Shown here in pieces: positions 35,341-38,537 of a DNA stretch of 38,537 nucleotides (its first letter is position 1; every line of letters begins with the position of its first letter). The stretch lies in contig JAUCBJ010004501.1 of NCBI GenBank assembly GCA_032718475.1, forward strand, positions 1 through 38,537, read 5' to 3'. This stretch comes from Nemertoderma westbladi. Taxonomy: Eukaryota > Animalia > Xenacoelomorpha. The position numbers and the translations under genes were made by a program. Below the pieces are notes generated by a model. It saw only the letters and a list, made by a program, of their open reading frames with translations, ran no database searches and was not told the origin of the DNA.

Positions 35341-38206
35341 CTTGTAAGAATTTTAATATATTAGTAGTTTATTTTAGTATTTTATCTATTAGAAGTATTG
35401 GTATTTAGTAGTATCGTTTTTAGCGCGTTGATGATGGATGCCGTCCCCATCACTATCATCCTGTCCCATCCACCCTTATTGCATTCTGCACTGGGTTCGA
35501 TGTCATTATATTATTGGGGCCTATACAGAATACACCTATCTGCAATACCCCCCCCCCCCCCCCTCCCCTGGCTACATGTTATATGTTCCCATACTATAGT
35601 CATACTGCTGTGCAGGTACTGGTATAGGCCTACCAGTTTCTAGCCTACCTCTGGGTTTAATTCTGGTACTTGCATTACCCTATCCCCTATTCTACTAGCA
35701 TTCACAGCATGGCCTATAGTATTGGCCATGTAGGCCTCCCCACAACCACCAGCTTGCGGATTGGTGGCTTTGTTCCAACGAGAAGTTTATCTTCAATCCC
35801 CTCTCGTCATTTCATCTTGCTCTTCTTCTCAGTAGATTCTATACCCTTCTCCCAGCGGGTAGTATAACTCGCAACGGCAATCCCCAAAGTTCGATCCCAC
35901 CAGTTTGTTTCCTCTACTTCGATTTATCGACGGCTTGCTGTCCGTCCTATCTCGATTACTCCAGTTGCTCGTGGCAACGTCTCCTCAACTAATCATCTCG
36001 CTTTCCTCCCATTGTCTACTCCGGCGTTATATCCACATCCTTGAGATCTCGTTTCGACCTGCCGGATGAACTCTACTGTTCTCCACCCGTCTTCCATATG
36101 GGTTCGATGTTTCTTCATTTTGCCGATTTCGGCATGACTGCCTCATCCCCTACCCGGTTGTATGGTCTCGCGGATATTTGCTGATCCTCTATCCACTTCC
36201 ATCATTGGGGTTCCAGTTGATTTATTTCACCATGCGCGCCCTCCACCAACACCTGTGGGGTATTTATTGCCCACTCCCTCTCATCACTGTTTTGCTGTGC
36301 TAGGGCGGCCGTAGCCCCCCCCCCCCCCCCCCACACTCGTCATTTCTAGTTGCGTCTCACTGACCCCCTTCTCTATGCTCCCTTCCTGTCAACACCTGCT
36401 TCTATCGTCATTAAGTTGATTCGCCTGCGCCCCCACCTGCGTTTCTGCGTTGCCTTGCAGGCCCTTGCTAGGCGAATTATTTATTACATATTATAATCCC
36501 AGAATGGGCTCAATGGTCCCACGACCTTTATGGCCCTCTTTCGAATTTCCTCATAGGCATCTCTCAATAGGATTCCTGGTGCAATTTAATATAATTATAT
36601 TTTAAAGCTTTGCAGCAATTGAGATGAACGAGATTCCCTGTAAAGATCCATAGAGTATTAGGTTGCTATTCTTGGGAACTGCCCCCAACTTATTTGGTTT
36701 CATTTCTTGTGGGACTCTCTTCGTTTTGCACATGTCTATTATGATAAGAAAATGAGATCATCATTTAGTTGGCAGGCCAGTTGATGGTCATCGATAATTA
36801 CCCTTATCTTCCTGTCGCTCTGGGAATGTGAAGGACATGGGTTGAACTGCTGATAGAATAGCTGCACAATGTCTAGCAATTTAAAAGGTAATATGCAAAA
36901 AGGAGTAACTATAATTATGGTATGGCTAATTTATTTATATTATGAATATTTTGATGTGCTGCATGTGCTTTTTGCCGATAAGTTGTTGAACAAGTTGAAT
37001 TCAGAAAGTTTTGATTCTTTATCTATTCGTAATAAATCATTGCCATCACAAACTTTCTTCTCTGTACTTATTATTTGCCAAGTGACTGACCCCCCCCCCC
37101 CCCCCCCCACCCCATCTCTAGTATTGTAACCCATTAAATTTGCCACCGGTCCTAAACTACTGTAAATGGGCTACTATCAGATACAACCAATATTTACCAG
37201 ACAACTAACATCCACACTTGAACATGGTATCTTTCAGCAAGGATAGATGGGTAAGAACGCAAATCTTGGATGAAGTTCAGTGGCTAGCTGAGATTAGGGC
37301 ACCCTCTGTGTTCAACTTTGTGTGCTGCTAATAGTGGCTAGGCTGCCAGGCTTCCAACAAAAACGCACATAGGAGCATAGGTGATGAGAAGAAACCAAGA
37401 AATCCTACATTCCTGAATTGGCAGGCATGGCTTATTTCTTACAATCTGGCCAAAGTCGAGGCACATCCAAAGGACACTTTGCAACATAACATATTTCCCA
37501 TTCCCTACTTGGCTTCTGAAAGAGTTGCCTGGTTGACAGAGCCTATGATTGGACAGTGTTTAGCAACGCGCATTTTCCTTGGGGTATATATCGAATATCT
37601 TGTCTAAACTAAGAATCAAAACTATGGATTACACTTTAAAAAATAATTATAAAAGAATCAATATTTTAATGATATCTTTTAATTGCCATGGTAATACTAT
37701 TACTGATTCAAGAAGTTCAATTATTTTTGCAGAATAGGTACACTTGAAGCAATGTTTAAATAATTAAATAAGCAACCCGCACTAAGCTACTGGGTTATTT
37801 GAGTTGAGAGTGACAGTGAGTAAATAATTCATCATAAATAATTACAATTGCTTTAACTTCTACAAATCTCCAACCAAGATAATTAATTAACAATGACTGT
37901 CAGTCAATATACTTGACTTAGTAAAACTCCTACTAGGCTTCATGTTGTGATTTGGCATTGTAGAATATATTTCTTTATATTCCCATGGCCATTGCCCATT
38001 ATTATTATTACATTTGTAAGTTGTCATAGCCAATGTAATCCATATAAAGTATCTAGCTAGACATCAAATTGTATGTCCCAGTCAATAGTTTATTGTAGGA
38101 TAAGAATACATTTTGTGATTGATGGGTACTTTGAATCTTATTAAGTTCAATAATATTATTATGGCAATATTTATTTTTTATATTAAAACACAAACAATAA
38201 CATACT

Positions 38207-38389
38207 AAATATTTATAATTTATTATTGGTGTTATGGATGAATGAGTGGTTTCATATTATTATAACTTTTTCATTCTGTTGGGCACAGCTTTTGCAAAGT
38301 CGGCAATGACCTACAGGTGGGATCGAACTTGTCCATAATTTATTATAGGTGTTATGGGTGAATGAGTGGCACTCATTCACCCATAACAC
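38207..38389 (-). mobile_element. Family-A SINE fragments ending in a perfect palindrome
   Basis: 38207-38329 matches 3589-3690 and 3222-3285 including the B box; a second tail starts at ~38336 and folds back at 38349-38389. Confidence 0.85.
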
Positions 38390-38450
38390 AGTGGCGTCGC
38401 GAGGATTTCAAGCGCCCAGGGGCCAATATGAAATTTACGCCCCCACCCCC
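38389..38450. mobile_element. Possible left terminus of a hAT-type MITE
   Basis: CAGTGGCGTCGC start with GGGGC/GCCCC motifs; partner end not in the window. Confidence 0.35.
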
Positions 38451-38537
38451 CATAAAAAAATTCAACAATTATTTAAAAATATATATTAAATTTGGCTCTA
38501 AAATAATATAATAATTCGGTTATATACATACATACAC

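Noticed and set aside
25402-37110. Long poly-C/poly-G runs as G-quadruplex elements
   Set aside because: Simple homopolymers, often within repeat remnants, with unreliable lengths.

Overview
AT-rich eukaryotic (probably invertebrate) repeat-dense DNA. I found no host protein-coding gene, rRNA, true tRNA or CRISPR array; almost everything recognisable is a transposable element or tandem repeat. Region 1-11 kb is a resolvable nest. A decayed Penelope-like element is cut by a 5'-truncated RTE-type LINE, and that LINE is split by three insertions: a palindromic SINE-derived insert, a solo LTR and a second SINE. The solo LTR is itself split by a full-length, young but disrupted Ty3/Gypsy element (269-bp LTRs, 4 mismatches, TTTCC TSD). 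Downstream are an L2-type LINE with a long open RT frame, three tandem arrays (26, 36 and 21 bp units), a second solo LTR, a piggyBac-like MITE carrying ~162-bp repeats, a Mutator-like element with a nested MITE, and remnants of Gypsy, Harbinger, REL-endonuclease LINE and BEL/Pao elements. The most unusual observations are a ~54-copy hairpin-forming 36-bp minisatellite that expanded inside a single tRNA-derived SINE, and a SINE family that forms palindromes at two separate loci. Family assignments rest on remembered motifs, not database searches.
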